Shown: positions 1 to 11,600 of the stretch, in pieces
Layout of the letters: the number at the start of each line of letters is the position of its first letter
How positions within the stretch are numbered: position 1 is the first letter of the stretch
Position numbers and translations under genes: made by a program
Assembly: GCA_000165345.1 (NCBI GenBank)
Contig: CM000432.1
Span: 704,001 to 768,000, forward strand
Reading direction: 5' to 3'
DNA: 64,000 nt
Notes under the pieces: model-generated
Database searches by the model: none
What the model was told of the DNA's origin: nothing
What the model saw: only the letters and a program-made list of their open reading frames with translations

Positions 1-19
1 CGTTGAGGTTACTTCTTGG

Positions 20-1711
20 ATGTCATTTAAAGCCTTAGCTAATTATATTGAACTTTCAGATCTACATTTAAATACAAACTTCCGAATAAAATTGCTAAAT
101 TTGAATTTTGTCGATGTTTTACGGCCACAAGAAGAGATTGAACAAGCCAGAAGTGAGATTTTTGTTCATGGAATTGAATACGCTGGTGAATCATCCAAGT
201 CAAAGGTTAGCAAAGTTTTATTGGAAATGAAAAAACTGAATGCAAAAATATTGTTTCTAAGCAGCCTAACTCAAATTTCATGGCTACTTAATTTAAGAGG
301 CTCAGATGTACATTGCACACCTGTATTCCTTTCATATCTAATTGTAGAAATTCTTGATGATAAAGTTGGAATAGATAAGAAGGAAACATCATTTAGTCTT
401 AAAGTTTTTGTTAATGTTGAATCTATTAAGTGTTGCGAAGAAGTATTGAAAAATGAATTTCAGGACAAAATTTCTATAATTCAAATTGAAAATATAATGG
501 ATGAACTCTTTCATTCATTTAGTAAATTGAATTCACATACAAAAAACGAATTGAATAAAATATGGCTGCCTGAGAATTTTTGCAACTTAGCAGCAATGGA
601 CACGTTATTTAAAGTATTGAACCCTCGTGAAAATTGCAATAATTCGAGTTATTATAAATATTTAATCGACTACTTAAACTCTTCAAAATTACTAATAACT
701 TCCGAGTCCCCTATCATCATGCTACGTGCAATAAAGAACAAAATCGAATTAAAGGGAATGCGCGAGTGCCATATTTATGATGGTTTAGCACTTACTAAAT
801 TCCTATATTATTTGTACAAGGCTGGAAGAGATAAGACTCTTTTTAATGGAAAAGTATCCGAGTGGGATCTTTCTCAGAAGCTGCTTGAATTTAGAAAACA
901 ACAACCAAAATTTGTCTATCCAAGTTTTGATACAATTTCTTCTATAGGAGAAAATGGGGCGATAATTCATTATCGTCCTGAAAAAGAAAATTCTTCAATT
1001 ATTAAGCCTGATCTTTACCTTTGTGATTCTGGTGGACAGTACCATACTGGCACAACAGATGTAACAAGAACTTTGTTCTTGTTCGGGATTGGAGAAGAAA
1101 GGCCAACAATTGAGCAAATTGAATCGTTTACTCGAGTATTGATAGGTTTTATTCGCTTACATAAGCTAGTATTCCCAATTGGGACAAATGCTACTGCAAT
1201 TGACGTTCTTGCAAGAGCCAGCCTATGGGAGGCTGGTTTAGATTATTTACATGGTACCGGACATGGGGTTGGCTCGTTTTTATCTGTTCATGAAGAGCCC
1301 TGGTCAATTTGTTATAAGGTTGGAAGGGATGGTGCTTCTAAACAAAATCTAGCTGCAGGCGCAGTAGTTTCAATTGAACCTGGATACTATGAAGAAGGAA
1401 AATACGGTATAAGAATTGAAAACTTGGCTGAGATTATTGAAGTAGATATTGATAATGGCTACAGAAAGATGAATAAATTTCTCAAGTTCTCGCCTCTTAC
1501 ATTCGCACCCATTCAAAAAGAGATGATTGACATTTCAATTCTTTCAGATGATGAACTAGATTGGTTAAATTGGTATCATTCAAAAACCCTGGAGAACTTA
1601 GAGCCGTTGGTAGATGATGATCCCGAGTTTTTGAAATGGCTAGTTCAAGCATGTTCACCAATAAATAGATATATTTCAAAAATTGATTTTCCAAAAACAT
1701 TATACCAGTAA
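20..1711 (+). CDS. Xaa-Pro aminopeptidase (aminopeptidase P, M24B pita-bread metalloprotease); probably 5'-partial
   Basis: 563-aa ORF with C-terminal M24 metal-ligand motifs (HGTGHGVGSFLSVHEEP, EPGYYEEGKYGIRIEN). The N-terminal creatinase-like domain 1 of APP appears absent and the frame is open back to nt 2 with no stop, so the gene likely continues upstream of the window. Confidence 0.8.
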   Translation: MSFKALANYIELSDLHLNTNFRIKLLNLNFVDVLRPQEEIEQARSEIFVHGIEYAGESSKSKVSKVLLEMKKLNAKILFLSSLTQISWLLNLRGSDVHCTPVFLSYLIVEILDDKVGIDKKETSFSLKVFVNVESIKCCEEVLKNEFQDKISIIQIENIMDELFHSFSKLNSHTKNELNKIWLPENFCNLAAMDTLFKVLNPRENCNNSSYYKYLIDYLNSSKLLITSESPIIMLRAIKNKIELKGMRECHIYDGLALTKFLYYLYKAGRDKTLFNGKVSEWDLSQKLLEFRKQQPKFVYPSFDTISSIGENGAIIHYRPEKENSSIIKPDLYLCDSGGQYHTGTTDVTRTLFLFGIGEERPTIEQIESFTRVLIGFIRLHKLVFPIGTNATAIDVLARASLWEAGLDYLHGTGHGVGSFLSVHEEPWSICYKVGRDGASKQNLAAGAVVSIEPGYYEEGKYGIRIENLAEIIEVDIDNGYRKMNKFLKFSPLTFAPIQKEMIDISILSDDELDWLNWYHSKTLENLEPLVDDDPEFLKWLVQACSPINRYISKIDFPKTLYQ

Positions 1712-1724
1712 AGAAATTTATTAT

Positions 1725-3548
1725 TCATTCTCCAACTAGGATTCCTTCGTTTATTAATTTCTCTCTTAATGTTATCAATTCCTTATCAATGCTTACTTCG
1801 TCTCTATTTTGCTGGTCGTTAATATCAATATTAATCTCTTCAAAAGATGCAACTGTAGAATTATATGCACTTGAGCGCCTAGATTCTGATTTTTTATTGC
1901 AAGTTTTAATGCTACTGCATCTTTGTTCAAGCTCATCTATTTCATTAACAACTGAGGTTAGCCACTTTATGCCACTAAGAACTAGTTCTTCTTGTTGGTT
2001 TTCGCTTATTAGGTCGGTTTGCCTTGAGTTCATACGGTTTGTACACTTTATCTTAGCATGATCCTTTGTCCGATTATTAATTCTTTTCATTAAGAAAAGA
2101 TCCTGTTTTAATTTCTGATTTTCCTTTTTTAATTTGTTATTTTCGCTTCTTAACGATATTAATTCGCTTCTGGATGAAATAATACCTATTTCTGAATGTT
2201 CTATTGTTGAACCATTCAAAAGGGGAAAACCCACCTGAATGGACGCATTTTTTTTAATAAAAGACCTTTTAAGTTTTTCATCTTGTTTAGAACCATTATC
2301 GAGGTTAACAACTATTTCTTCTGCAATCTCATACGCAAGTCTTGGAATAATTGATTGACATATTTCGAATGCAAGCAAAGACGCTTCATTATTGTTGAAA
2401 TTCTTATCTTCCATAAAATCTTTTATTGCATCGTTTAATTCTTCTTCTATATTAGGCAAAACAGTTTCATCATTGATCTTTTTATAGTGAGTTTCAATTC
2501 TGCTAATTACAGATTTTGTTAGCTTCAAACCTTCATTTTCCTTCATTACTAAATGCATTTCTTTAAAAAGGGCGTTCTTCGCTTCAGTAAGAGAAAGAAT
2601 TTCACCATCTGCAATTCTAAGTTGTTCAGTTTGAAATATTTCCAATTCGTTAAATTCTTTTGTAATCCTTTCTAATTCATTTTCAAGGAATAGTACCTTT
2701 TCTTTCAAACAATTGGCCCCTTCTAATTCCTTTTCATAATCTCTGACTTTTGACTCGATAGTTCTTACTTTATTCCTTAAAAAGTATAATTCTTCTTTAT
2801 CTTCCTCCATAAATGACCTACTTTTTAGAAAAGGAAGTTGCGCATTAAGGGCCAAAGAGTTAAGCTTATATTTAGATAAAAGTAATTCATTATTTTTTAA
2901 TAACGTATTTAAACGCGAAATTTCTTCTTTATAATTTTCATTTTCGATTAATAGACCATCTAATTCAGCATGAACTTCTTCTTGGTGTTTATTGGATGCT
3001 TCAAGTAAAGATTTGACTTCCAATTGTAATTCTTTATATGAAATTTCATTTTGATCTGTGGGTTTTAAGTTTTTTTGAATATTTTTTTTTTGCTCATTCA
3101 AATTAGTTTTAAATAGAGCAGGTTGATTATATTCAGTTTCAGTTTCCAAAACTGGTTCATTATTTTCATCATTATTTATTAGTTTTTTTTGAGATATAAT
3201 TGATTTATTATATTTGCTAATAAGATTATTAGATTTTTGAATATTGTGAGTAACATGATTTTCATTATTTTTGCCAATTTCTGTTATTAAATATTCTTTA
3301 TCTTTATTAAAATCTTCAATTAATTCTTCTGAATCTGAATAAAGTTGTAAATCACCTTCTTTGTAAATGTGTATATCTTCTTCTTTATCTGTTTCACCAC
3401 CAGAATTTTCTTCAGAGTAGTTGAACTCACCAAATCTTGGAGAACAAAATTCCATACTATTTTCGTCGTAACTCTCATCTAAATTCTCAGAAAATTTTCC
3501 TTCAATATAGGGATCATATTCTTCAATTAACTCGTCTAAATCGCTCAT
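1725..3548 (-). CDS. hypothetical acidic coiled-coil protein
   Basis: 607-aa ORF with acidic N-terminus (DLDELIEEYDPY...) and long heptad-like K/E/L-rich stretches; no recognisable catalytic motifs. Stop lies 13 bp from the stop of the convergent aminopeptidase gene. Confidence 0.45.
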   Translation of the reverse strand: MSDLDELIEEYDPYIEGKFSENLDESYDENSMEFCSPRFGEFNYSEENSGGETDKEEDIHIYKEGDLQLYSDSEELIEDFNKDKEYLITEIGKNNENHVTHNIQKSNNLISKYNKSIISQKKLINNDENNEPVLETETEYNQPALFKTNLNEQKKNIQKNLKPTDQNEISYKELQLEVKSLLEASNKHQEEVHAELDGLLIENENYKEEISRLNTLLKNNELLLSKYKLNSLALNAQLPFLKSRSFMEEDKEELYFLRNKVRTIESKVRDYEKELEGANCLKEKVLFLENELERITKEFNELEIFQTEQLRIADGEILSLTEAKNALFKEMHLVMKENEGLKLTKSVISRIETHYKKINDETVLPNIEEELNDAIKDFMEDKNFNNNEASLLAFEICQSIIPRLAYEIAEEIVVNLDNGSKQDEKLKRSFIKKNASIQVGFPLLNGSTIEHSEIGIISSRSELISLRSENNKLKKENQKLKQDLFLMKRINNRTKDHAKIKCTNRMNSRQTDLISENQQEELVLSGIKWLTSVVNEIDELEQRCSSIKTCNKKSESRRSSAYNSTVASFEEINIDINDQQNRDEVSIDKELITLREKLINEGILVGE

Positions 3549-3872
3549 ATTAATGTTATTAATTAATTTATAAGTATATATTTTTCATTTGGTAAAAATC
3601 TTTTCAACAAAGTCCTAATTGACCTCTTTAAAAGACATGACATCTTATACAAATATTAATTGTTGATCTAAAAACAAATTTTAAAGGAAAAAAATTATAA
3701 ATGGGTTTCTTTATCTATTATAAACTTTATTTACGTTAGGCAATGATAAATACTTCACAATTGTTATAATTCAATAAATTTTTTTTAATGCATTTAATAA
3801 GTTATACATAGTGTGGGGTAAAATAAAAACTTCGCGGAAATGGGCAAAATTTATTGCAATATTAATTAAACA

Positions 3873-5918
3873 ATGAATAAAGGAGCTGCATTATTAGAAT
3901 TATCTAGTGAATGGTTTTTGAATAGCTATAAAGGTTCAAATGGCGACTTAAAATATGCAAAATTGATTTGTAACCGAAATTCTATAACAGATTTAGCTAA
4001 AAATGTTGGGGAGGAACTTCATTATCAACATTTCATTAATACAGTTATTAAATTGGGAAGTAAAATAGTTGAATTTAATAATATTAATTCAATATTTTGC
4101 TATTCTGTTGACTTAGTTTATAGTTTGTTTTCATCATTACAGAATGAAGTATCGATGCATTCGATTAAGGTAGAGGCCATTAAAGATGAGTTTATTATGC
4201 TACAAAATAGCTTAAAGTCAATTAAACTTTTGCACGAAAAGATTCAAAATTTCATTGATAAAACAGTTGTTAGTTATGATTTAATAGATGAAATAAAGAA
4301 TGCCGAGCTCAATAAGGATTATTATATTCCCTTGAAAAGTTTGTTAGACAAATTAAATACTATAAAAAACACGTACATTAGAAAAACAAAAATAGGAAGG
4401 GAACTTTATTTATTATATAGCTCATTGTTTAATATTGTTGTAAATAGAATGAAGTGCAATTTAAATTCGTTATTTTCTAATAAAGAATCTATGTTCATAA
4501 TAATGGAAACAGGATATTCAAATTCGGCCACATTTTCTGAATTAATCAGATTGAGTAAAGTAATAAAGCAATTAACCTTGAATGCAAATGAAATTGATTT
4601 TTTTAGGGAAAGATATATTATGTTTGCATCAAGGCTGTTTTCACAAATTGTTAAAGAAATAGAAGGGCTTTGCCAGAATAAATACGAACAAGGTGTTATA
4701 ATTACTTCCAAGGATTATGACAAATATCACTCAGTACTATTCGAAAGAGAACAAATTTTAAACAACTTTTATTTGTTGATCGGTGAGCCTGTAGAGGAAT
4801 CATTTTTTTCAAAGCCAAAAAAGGTATTTAAAATAGAGGAAATTTTTTTTAAATCACAGAAGATGATATATAAGGCATTCATATCGATCTTCGAATTTAC
4901 TAGGCAACTTTTTGATAGTGCATTAAAGGATATTCTACATCGAATTTTTGGTGATCATTTGATAAGGACTTTAGAATTATTTCAACTTTCAATATTGAAA
5001 ACAAACGATACTATCGGGCTATCAATATTGTACAACATAATGCTCAAATTTAAGCGTCTTACTGAATCAAAGTTGAAAGTCTTTGTAAATGCTATAACAG
5101 ATTCAAGTTCTTTGTTTGAATATTACGGCATGCAAAGTAAAGCAATTTACATTTCATTGGAGTCTTCAATTATTTTACAGATTTATTCATTGTCTTCTCT
5201 CTCAAACCGTGAATTTATCAAATTATGCATTTCAGACAAACGACCGCATCTAAATCCTATTACTCGCAGAGTTTCAGAATTATTAACGGTTTTAACAAAA
5301 CTAATAGATGAACCAGATGGTCACAACGATCAAATAAAGAAACTAATTGACAGAGTTCAATCATCCCTAATCAATTGGTTGCTGTCATCAAATGAATTTT
5401 TGCAAAATGAAAATTACATTGGGCCTGAAGAAGGTTGTATATTTATAATTAACAATGCTGACGCAATAATTTCAGTGTTACGAGGAAAAAACGGAATTTC
5501 TTTAGATAATTTTCAGCATTTATTCCGTGAATACACACAAAAATATATTGAATATCGCTTGAATAATTCATATTCTGGAATAATGCAAGTTGTTGATTCA
5601 AAATTCTGCTTAAGGGAAGTTAATCTAGAATATATTAACAAAATACTCACAAGCTTTAATAACACTTGGAAAAAAAATATTGATATTGAATTGCAAGCTA
5701 CATTAACGTCATTTTCAAACTTTCATACAAGCGAGGAGATATTAAGACTGCTTGGAACTACCGTTGCAATGAGGTATTCCAAGTTCATAAATGTAATAAA
5801 AAATGAGTACGAAATAAGCGGATTATTGGAAAAGAATAAGGTAGATATTGAGGTAATACTGGATTACATTCAGAGTTGTTTATACCCTACTAATACAAGA
5901 ACTGACTTACTTACCTGA
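3873..5918 (+). CDS. hypothetical protein (681 aa, mostly helical-looking, no recognised domain)
   Basis: Long uninterrupted ORF with codon usage like neighbouring genes; no motif recognised by eye. Confidence 0.45.
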   Translation: MNKGAALLELSSEWFLNSYKGSNGDLKYAKLICNRNSITDLAKNVGEELHYQHFINTVIKLGSKIVEFNNINSIFCYSVDLVYSLFSSLQNEVSMHSIKVEAIKDEFIMLQNSLKSIKLLHEKIQNFIDKTVVSYDLIDEIKNAELNKDYYIPLKSLLDKLNTIKNTYIRKTKIGRELYLLYSSLFNIVVNRMKCNLNSLFSNKESMFIIMETGYSNSATFSELIRLSKVIKQLTLNANEIDFFRERYIMFASRLFSQIVKEIEGLCQNKYEQGVIITSKDYDKYHSVLFEREQILNNFYLLIGEPVEESFFSKPKKVFKIEEIFFKSQKMIYKAFISIFEFTRQLFDSALKDILHRIFGDHLIRTLELFQLSILKTNDTIGLSILYNIMLKFKRLTESKLKVFVNAITDSSSLFEYYGMQSKAIYISLESSIILQIYSLSSLSNREFIKLCISDKRPHLNPITRRVSELLTVLTKLIDEPDGHNDQIKKLIDRVQSSLINWLLSSNEFLQNENYIGPEEGCIFIINNADAIISVLRGKNGISLDNFQHLFREYTQKYIEYRLNNSYSGIMQVVDSKFCLREVNLEYINKILTSFNNTWKKNIDIELQATLTSFSNFHTSEEILRLLGTTVAMRYSKFINVIKNEYEISGLLEKNKVDIEVILDYIQSCLYPTNTRTDLLT

Positions 5919-5970
5919 ATTTCTTAGATTTTAACAATATTTTTATTTCTTTTGTTGGTTACACGTAGCA

Positions 5971-6044
5971 GCGGGCTTGGTCTAGGTGGTTATGACGCTT
6001 GCCTTACACGCAAGAGATCACGAGTTCGAGTCTCGTAGCCCGTA
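5971..6044 (+). tRNA. tRNA-Val (anticodon UAC)
   Basis: Cloverleaf: acceptor GCGGGCT/AGCCCGT (G1:U72), D-arm with AGGTGGTTAT loop, anticodon stem CTTGC/GCAAG with loop CTTACAC (anticodon TAC), T-arm ACGAG-TTCGAGT-CTCGT, discriminator A; no encoded CCA. Confidence 0.8.
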
Positions 6045-6398
6045 TTTTACGGTTTTTTCTTTTTGCACGACTTCTAGTCTTTTCGAGTTCGACCTAAAAA
6101 AGAATCATATTAGTTTATAATAATATAATTTTCACAGGGATGAATAGGTTTTCGATTTAATATTTAGCAATCATTTAATCAAGATATCCTATTTTACGAA
6201 AGCATTCACTACTCTTGTCGGACAAATTTTTGAAATAATATTGATAAAATTCCTTCCAACTTTGGAATTAAAAAATAAATCGAAGCACTCTACTAATACT
6301 TTTAGTAAATATTGCTTTGGTTTTACAAAAGATTCTTCATTGGTTTTTGAGTTTTTGAATAGCGCTTCGCTCTATTGAAAGTTATTTTTTTTTTCAAA

Positions 6399-6984
6399 TT
6401 AAATTGTGCAACTTACAATTTTTTTGCTTTTTGAAATGTATTGTTTTTGCTTTAACAGAGCATTATACCTAACTTTTTTGAACACAACATTGTTGGGCTC
6501 AACTTTCAAAGCTATATCCGCACATTCAACGCATTGTTTATATTCGCTCAATTCGAATAGCGCTATACATTTGTGGTGTAATGCTTTCAAATTATTCGAT
6601 TCATATTCCAGAGCCTTATTTGCATAGTGTATAGCGTTTGGATAGTCTTGGAGCTTCAAGTACGCAATAGATAGATTAGAGTCCAATTGCATTTTCAAGA
6701 CCTTAATTTCCTTGTCTTTGTCTGGCATTTCAGAATAAACATTTTTTGACAAAATATAACAACATGACCTGTATGCTCTAAGCCAATGCTCAATAGCTTT
6801 CTCATATTCTTTATTATTAAACTCCTTAAATTTTAATCATGAAAAAAAGTCGGGCATATTTCCAAAAACCTACCTCATTTCCTTTCTCTTTTGCCGTTGG
6901 AGTCAAATTATCATTGAGTTGAAAGTCAGATGTTTCGTCACAATTTACACTATGCCTAATTTTATCAATTTTTTCATCAATCAT
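6399..6984 (-). CDS. small TPR-repeat protein (about 178 aa, 3 TPR motifs), two exons: complement(join(6399..6824,6874..6984))
   Basis: Exon 1 (ATG 6984-6982, MIDEK...TPTAKEKGNE) ends at a GTAGGT donor (6873-6868). A 49-nt intron ends in AG (6826-6825). Splicing joins KEKGNE|EFNNKEYEKAIEHWLRAY, recreating a textbook TPR helix pair. Downstream lie the TPR-like segments AYLKLQDYPNAIHYANKALEYESNNLKAL and ...ALKVEPNN. The ORF-track starts at 6752 and 7071 are TTG/GTG, not ATG. Confidence 0.6.
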
Positions 6985-7519
6985 ATTTGTCCCTGGAATA
7001 TCAATTAACAAAATTTCATAAAATTCTTGGCATGAATTAAAAAAAAAGGCCAGTGCGCGATTAATACTCACAAGACGGCGCTAATGTCAAATTTCTGCAC
7101 AAAAAAAAAAGCATGCACTTTGTTATTAAGGTATTAAAAAAAAAAATCAGCTCATATAGATCTCAGCTTTAAAGCGACTAATAGTGAATAATATAATAAA
7201 TTAATACATTTTTAATTAGTAGAACTTAAGAAATTTTTATTACAAATTCACAAGATTTTTAGAAATTAGCATTTTTATATCCAGAAAAAAAATAAAAATT
7301 GCAGTATAGTCTTAAAGCGTAATGTCGTAATTCCTCATCTATTATTGCAGGTACCCAGATTGATACCTATTTATACATGCTTCAATGATATTGATTAACA
7401 TACTATTTTAAAATTGTATTTACAGTGAATTATTTCAATAAAAAAAAAAAAAAATTATTGGACTGAGGTGTTTGCTTAATTATATTATTGAATTTATGTA
7501 GAGGAAATCTAGATAATTA

Positions 7520-8686
7520 TTGGCAGTGGGATTTACTATATTTGTAAATCAATCAAATATATGCTTCCAATATTTCATATATAAACCACTGAGTGAAGAG
7601 GTTTTTCCAGCGAAATCGATGTGCAATTCTTACTCTGAATGGAATTCGTGCATAAATAACTTTGAAGATCCAGATGGTTTTGAAGATATATACAATCCTG
7701 GAGTAGGCTCAGTTTTTACCACAAATCAATTTCATGAGCTTACTTTACCTGCAAGAGCAACAATTGGAGATGAATATATTTGGGTTTCTCAAGAAGTAGA
7801 AGAAGATAGTGTTCATTCGAACCAAAGATTATTCGAAGGTTTAAATGCTACTCAAGTTTGTAATGAACTGGAATATTCAGAGGCTCCCAACTATTGGAAT
7901 AATAATTTTAGAGAGTATTTAACTAATTTTCAAGCACCTAATCAGAACATATATTCAAATACAAACCAAACTTCATTAAATGCAGATGACACATTTTCTT
8001 TAAGCAATAATTGCGGTAGAGTATCATCTGATAACTCATCAGTCTCTCACACGTCTACCTTGCATGGTGTTTGGGTCGTTCCAAATAGAGATAGCGATAC
8101 TAATTTAGTGACAAATAAAAGTAAATTCGATCATTCATCGGATGATGTTTCATCTTCTATTGAAACGAGCAATTCAGAAATACGCAGGAGGCTTCATTTT
8201 TCACGTCAAAAGTCAGATATAATGATCGATGGAACACGAATTAAAACCGATAACCATAAATATAAAAATAATGATGAGATTTCCATGTTAGTTGCTTCCG
8301 GAGGAGCTCCTTTAGGAAGGCTTGATGAAATTGGGGGAGTAGAGTGGTATCCAGAAAGACAATCTTGGAAAGTCGTTGGACACACTGGAATCTCTTGGTG
8401 CGTTAGAAGGAAAACATGGCGTGTTTGGTTTATTACATCGGGAGGAACAAGAGCGACCAGATCATTTAACCCCAAAGAACATGGAACAGTTGCCGCTGCG
8501 CTTAAAGTAGCAATTGAGTTTCTTGAGCACAAGCGCGCAGAGAAGTCGCCAGCTCAGAAAAATTTAAGAGGTAGAGCACGACGTTCGAATTTATATTCAA
8601 ACAGTTTTGTTGATGGTTTTTCAAAATCGAATAATCTGTCATTAAATGAAAGTACTTATGAACATGCTAGCGATTTAATAAATTAA
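7520..8686 (+). CDS. ApiAP2-type DNA-binding protein (single C-terminal AP2 domain); start codon uncertain
   Basis: C-terminal region GISWCVRRKTWRVWFITSGGTRATRSFNPKEHGTVAAALKVAIEFLEHKRA fits the AP2 pattern (G-V/I-S-W...R..W.V.F...G....RSF....G...AA...A.E). The N-terminal 270 aa are low-complexity S/N-rich. The first in-frame M may not be the true start. Confidence 0.5.
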   Translation: MAVGFTIFVNQSNICFQYFIYKPLSEEVFPAKSMCNSYSEWNSCINNFEDPDGFEDIYNPGVGSVFTTNQFHELTLPARATIGDEYIWVSQEVEEDSVHSNQRLFEGLNATQVCNELEYSEAPNYWNNNFREYLTNFQAPNQNIYSNTNQTSLNADDTFSLSNNCGRVSSDNSSVSHTSTLHGVWVVPNRDSDTNLVTNKSKFDHSSDDVSSSIETSNSEIRRRLHFSRQKSDIMIDGTRIKTDNHKYKNNDEISMLVASGGAPLGRLDEIGGVEWYPERQSWKVVGHTGISWCVRRKTWRVWFITSGGTRATRSFNPKEHGTVAAALKVAIEFLEHKRAEKSPAQKNLRGRARRSNLYSNSFVDGFSKSNNLSLNESTYEHASDLIN

Positions 8687-8689
8687 CAA

Positions 8690-11600
8690 TTATCTCAGAT
8701 TAATATTTTCCGAGTAGCCCTCATGCAATGCTCTGAAAAGAGATGTTCCAAATGAGATCCCTAAATGGTTTATTAAATTTTCCAATGGCGTATTAATTAT
8801 TTCTTTAATTGAGCGAAAGTTAGAGGTAAGAACTTTAATATTTTTGGCATTTATCCCAGGTAGATACCTTAGAAATGCAGTTGCATAATAATTGGATTTG
8901 GTTGAGTCTGAGGATACTTTTCTTTTTTTACCTTTAGATTTTTTTTCCTTTTCAATTGAAATATCATTTGCTTTAAGAATTCCAGTATTCAAAGTACTAG
9001 CATCTTTTAGATTAGGTTGCTCTCTATCTTTCTTGATGCGGAGAATAACTAATGAAGAAAATGACGAATTGCAACTCCAAATAAATTTAATATTAGGAAA
9101 ATGCCTTGTTAGAAGAATTAATTTCAAATAAATGTCGCAAGAATTAAACTTCATTGGCAAAAAATTTTGTTGCATCCCTTGATGATTTAATATTTCTATC
9201 AAGCTATTTAATTCAATTAGTATTACAGGGGTGGAATAATGTTTTGAAATCCATTGCAATTGCGTGAATAGCCTTCCATTACTAAGTGAGTTGACTAAGT
9301 CAGGTAGTGACTTCCGTTCAATACATACATCGCGAGATATTACGTAATCTCCTATTTCTAAACTCATAGGAATTATTTTAACTCCTTTGCAAAAAAGCTG
9401 ATATGGAAGAGATGACCTAAATTCTCGTATATCTACGATTATTTTTTGAATATCATTTTCTTCTTTATACCGATCTTGATAAATTGAGGAGTTGCTAAGC
9501 TTTGCTAATATTTCACCTTCAGTTATGTCACTTAACGGCACAACTAAAGTTTTTTTGTGCCTTTCAAGACCTATCCATGAGAGTTCTTCACTTTTTATTG
9601 CGTTAAGGAGCTTTTCCTATAGAAATATTATTAATTATAAAATATTTGAATATTGAAACTTACATGCCTAAGAGAATTCTGAATTGTAATCATAATTACC
9701 TGTATATACAATTTTATACTTTTCTCTGAAGTTGCAGTAAATAATTCGATTTCCCTGAGCAATGAAATGTCGGGATCCAACATTATAATTAGATGCGGTG
9801 AATGTAATGAGAGTATATTCCAGAATTTCCCTAATAATTAATTAGATTTTAGAAGAAAAACGATTGTTTTCTTACCTTGCACATTAACACTCGGATGACT
9901 AATGATTATTTTTGGATTAATTCTGTCGTTTTTGATTATTTGGTTCAAATCATTATTTTCAGATACACTCAAATTTGGGATAGAATTAATTATTAAATCA
10001 TTAGAAGAGTATGAGTAATTTAGATTACTATTATTTTTAATTAGTTTTGATAATACGTCTCTAAGCTGATTAAAAGAATGAAGTTTTTCATTAGAATTAG
10101 TACAGGTTGTAGCCCCAAAAGAAGATATTATTTTCGTAATTATATTCGACACTCCAGACGCTAAATCAAATTCGATATTTTGTAAAGTTTCAATTAATTT
10201 CATAGCAGAAAAATTTTGTGGGCCATTTAGTACCAAAAATTCGACTTCAGCAATTGTAAGGTAGAATTCATCAGGAATAATAAGTAGAACTCTATATTCT
10301 GGAACTTTATGCACAAAGTTATTATTCAATATATTCGAACATATTTCCACATATTTTTCATTTATTTGCGAGTATTCGTTTTGATCCAGGCCATATTCGA
10401 TACCATCCGTTTCTACAAAAATGGTTTCATCACAAGTTTTTGTTTCAGCATTTTTTCCCAAAGAATTTAAGTTAGAGTTCAATTCAATTTGATTTTTTTT
10501 GACTGAAAGCCTAACATATAAATCATTTTCTTGTAATAAAGTAGAAATATCATCATCAGTGAGTTCTTTACCAATATTTGAGATAATATCAATTAATTGA
10601 ATATATACGGGATTAACCTCAAGAGAAAGAGTAAAAGGAGTTTCAGATCCACTGCTATTATTATTAGCTTCATTGTTGATTCTAAATATTCTTGATCTTG
10701 ATACTTTATATAAAGTTTCAAATTCTGTAGTTAACATCCAAGAAGTATCAATAAGTTTTGATGATCGAATGCATTCTAAACAAAAAAAGAATTCAGATGC
10801 ATCTGATAAATATAGCAATTCAAGCAAATTTCTTAAAGATATAATATCCTTTGTAATTTGTTTGTGTTTAGACGTCATTTTATACCACAAATCTTGCGTT
10901 AATGACTCAATTTTATTTTTTAATTTTTTTGATGAGTTATATAGCAAGTCATACATGGTTAATTCAATGTTTGGATTAAATTTCAAAATTTCGTGTAGCC
11001 CTTTTTCCAATAATATTTTAATGCACTTTTGTATAACATAAAAGTATTCAGTTGCCTTTACTGACTTTTCTATTACTTTTATTTTCTGAGTAAGTTTAAA
11101 CGATTCTTCAACAATAGTATTATTTCTTGGGTATAAAAATAAATCAGTTGCCCCTAAATATCTCATGGTAATTCCGGGCCCAAAATATCCCTGATTTAGA
11201 ATTTCTGGGCGTTGTGAAATTCCTTTAATGAACCCATTTGGATTTTTGCTTTTAAATAATTGTAGAATAAACGCATCATTCCAATTTCTAACATTTAAGC
11301 TCTCTGCATTAAATAATATAATACCATCTATATGTGAAAAATCGAGCTTTTCTGATAATAGATCGGTTAATAGGATTCTTGAAGTGATAATATATATCCC
11401 ACCATTACTATAAAATGCCTTTCTTTTGTTTAAATTCATTTCTGAATTAATAGCCACAAGTTTACTAGAAAGAAGAGAACCATTTCTCGTAAATTTATCT
11501 TTATTTTTATCATGTTGCTTTTGATCCATATTTTGCACAAACAGCTTAAAAGAATCAACCTCAGGTACTGATAAGTTTAAAATAAAAATAGAATTCCCTG

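Noticed and set aside
1497-1700. Small antisense ORFs nested inside larger genes (for example 1497..1700-, 1789..2061+, 4406..4711-, 8206..8532-, 15169..15474-, 28161..28604-, 29716..29937+, 31336..32040+, 35153..35512+, 45337..45621-, 51868..52272+, 61627..61872-)
   Set aside because: Each lies wholly within a longer, motif-supported ORF on the opposite strand or in another frame. They have no recognisable motifs and are expected at this ORF length in AT-rich DNA.
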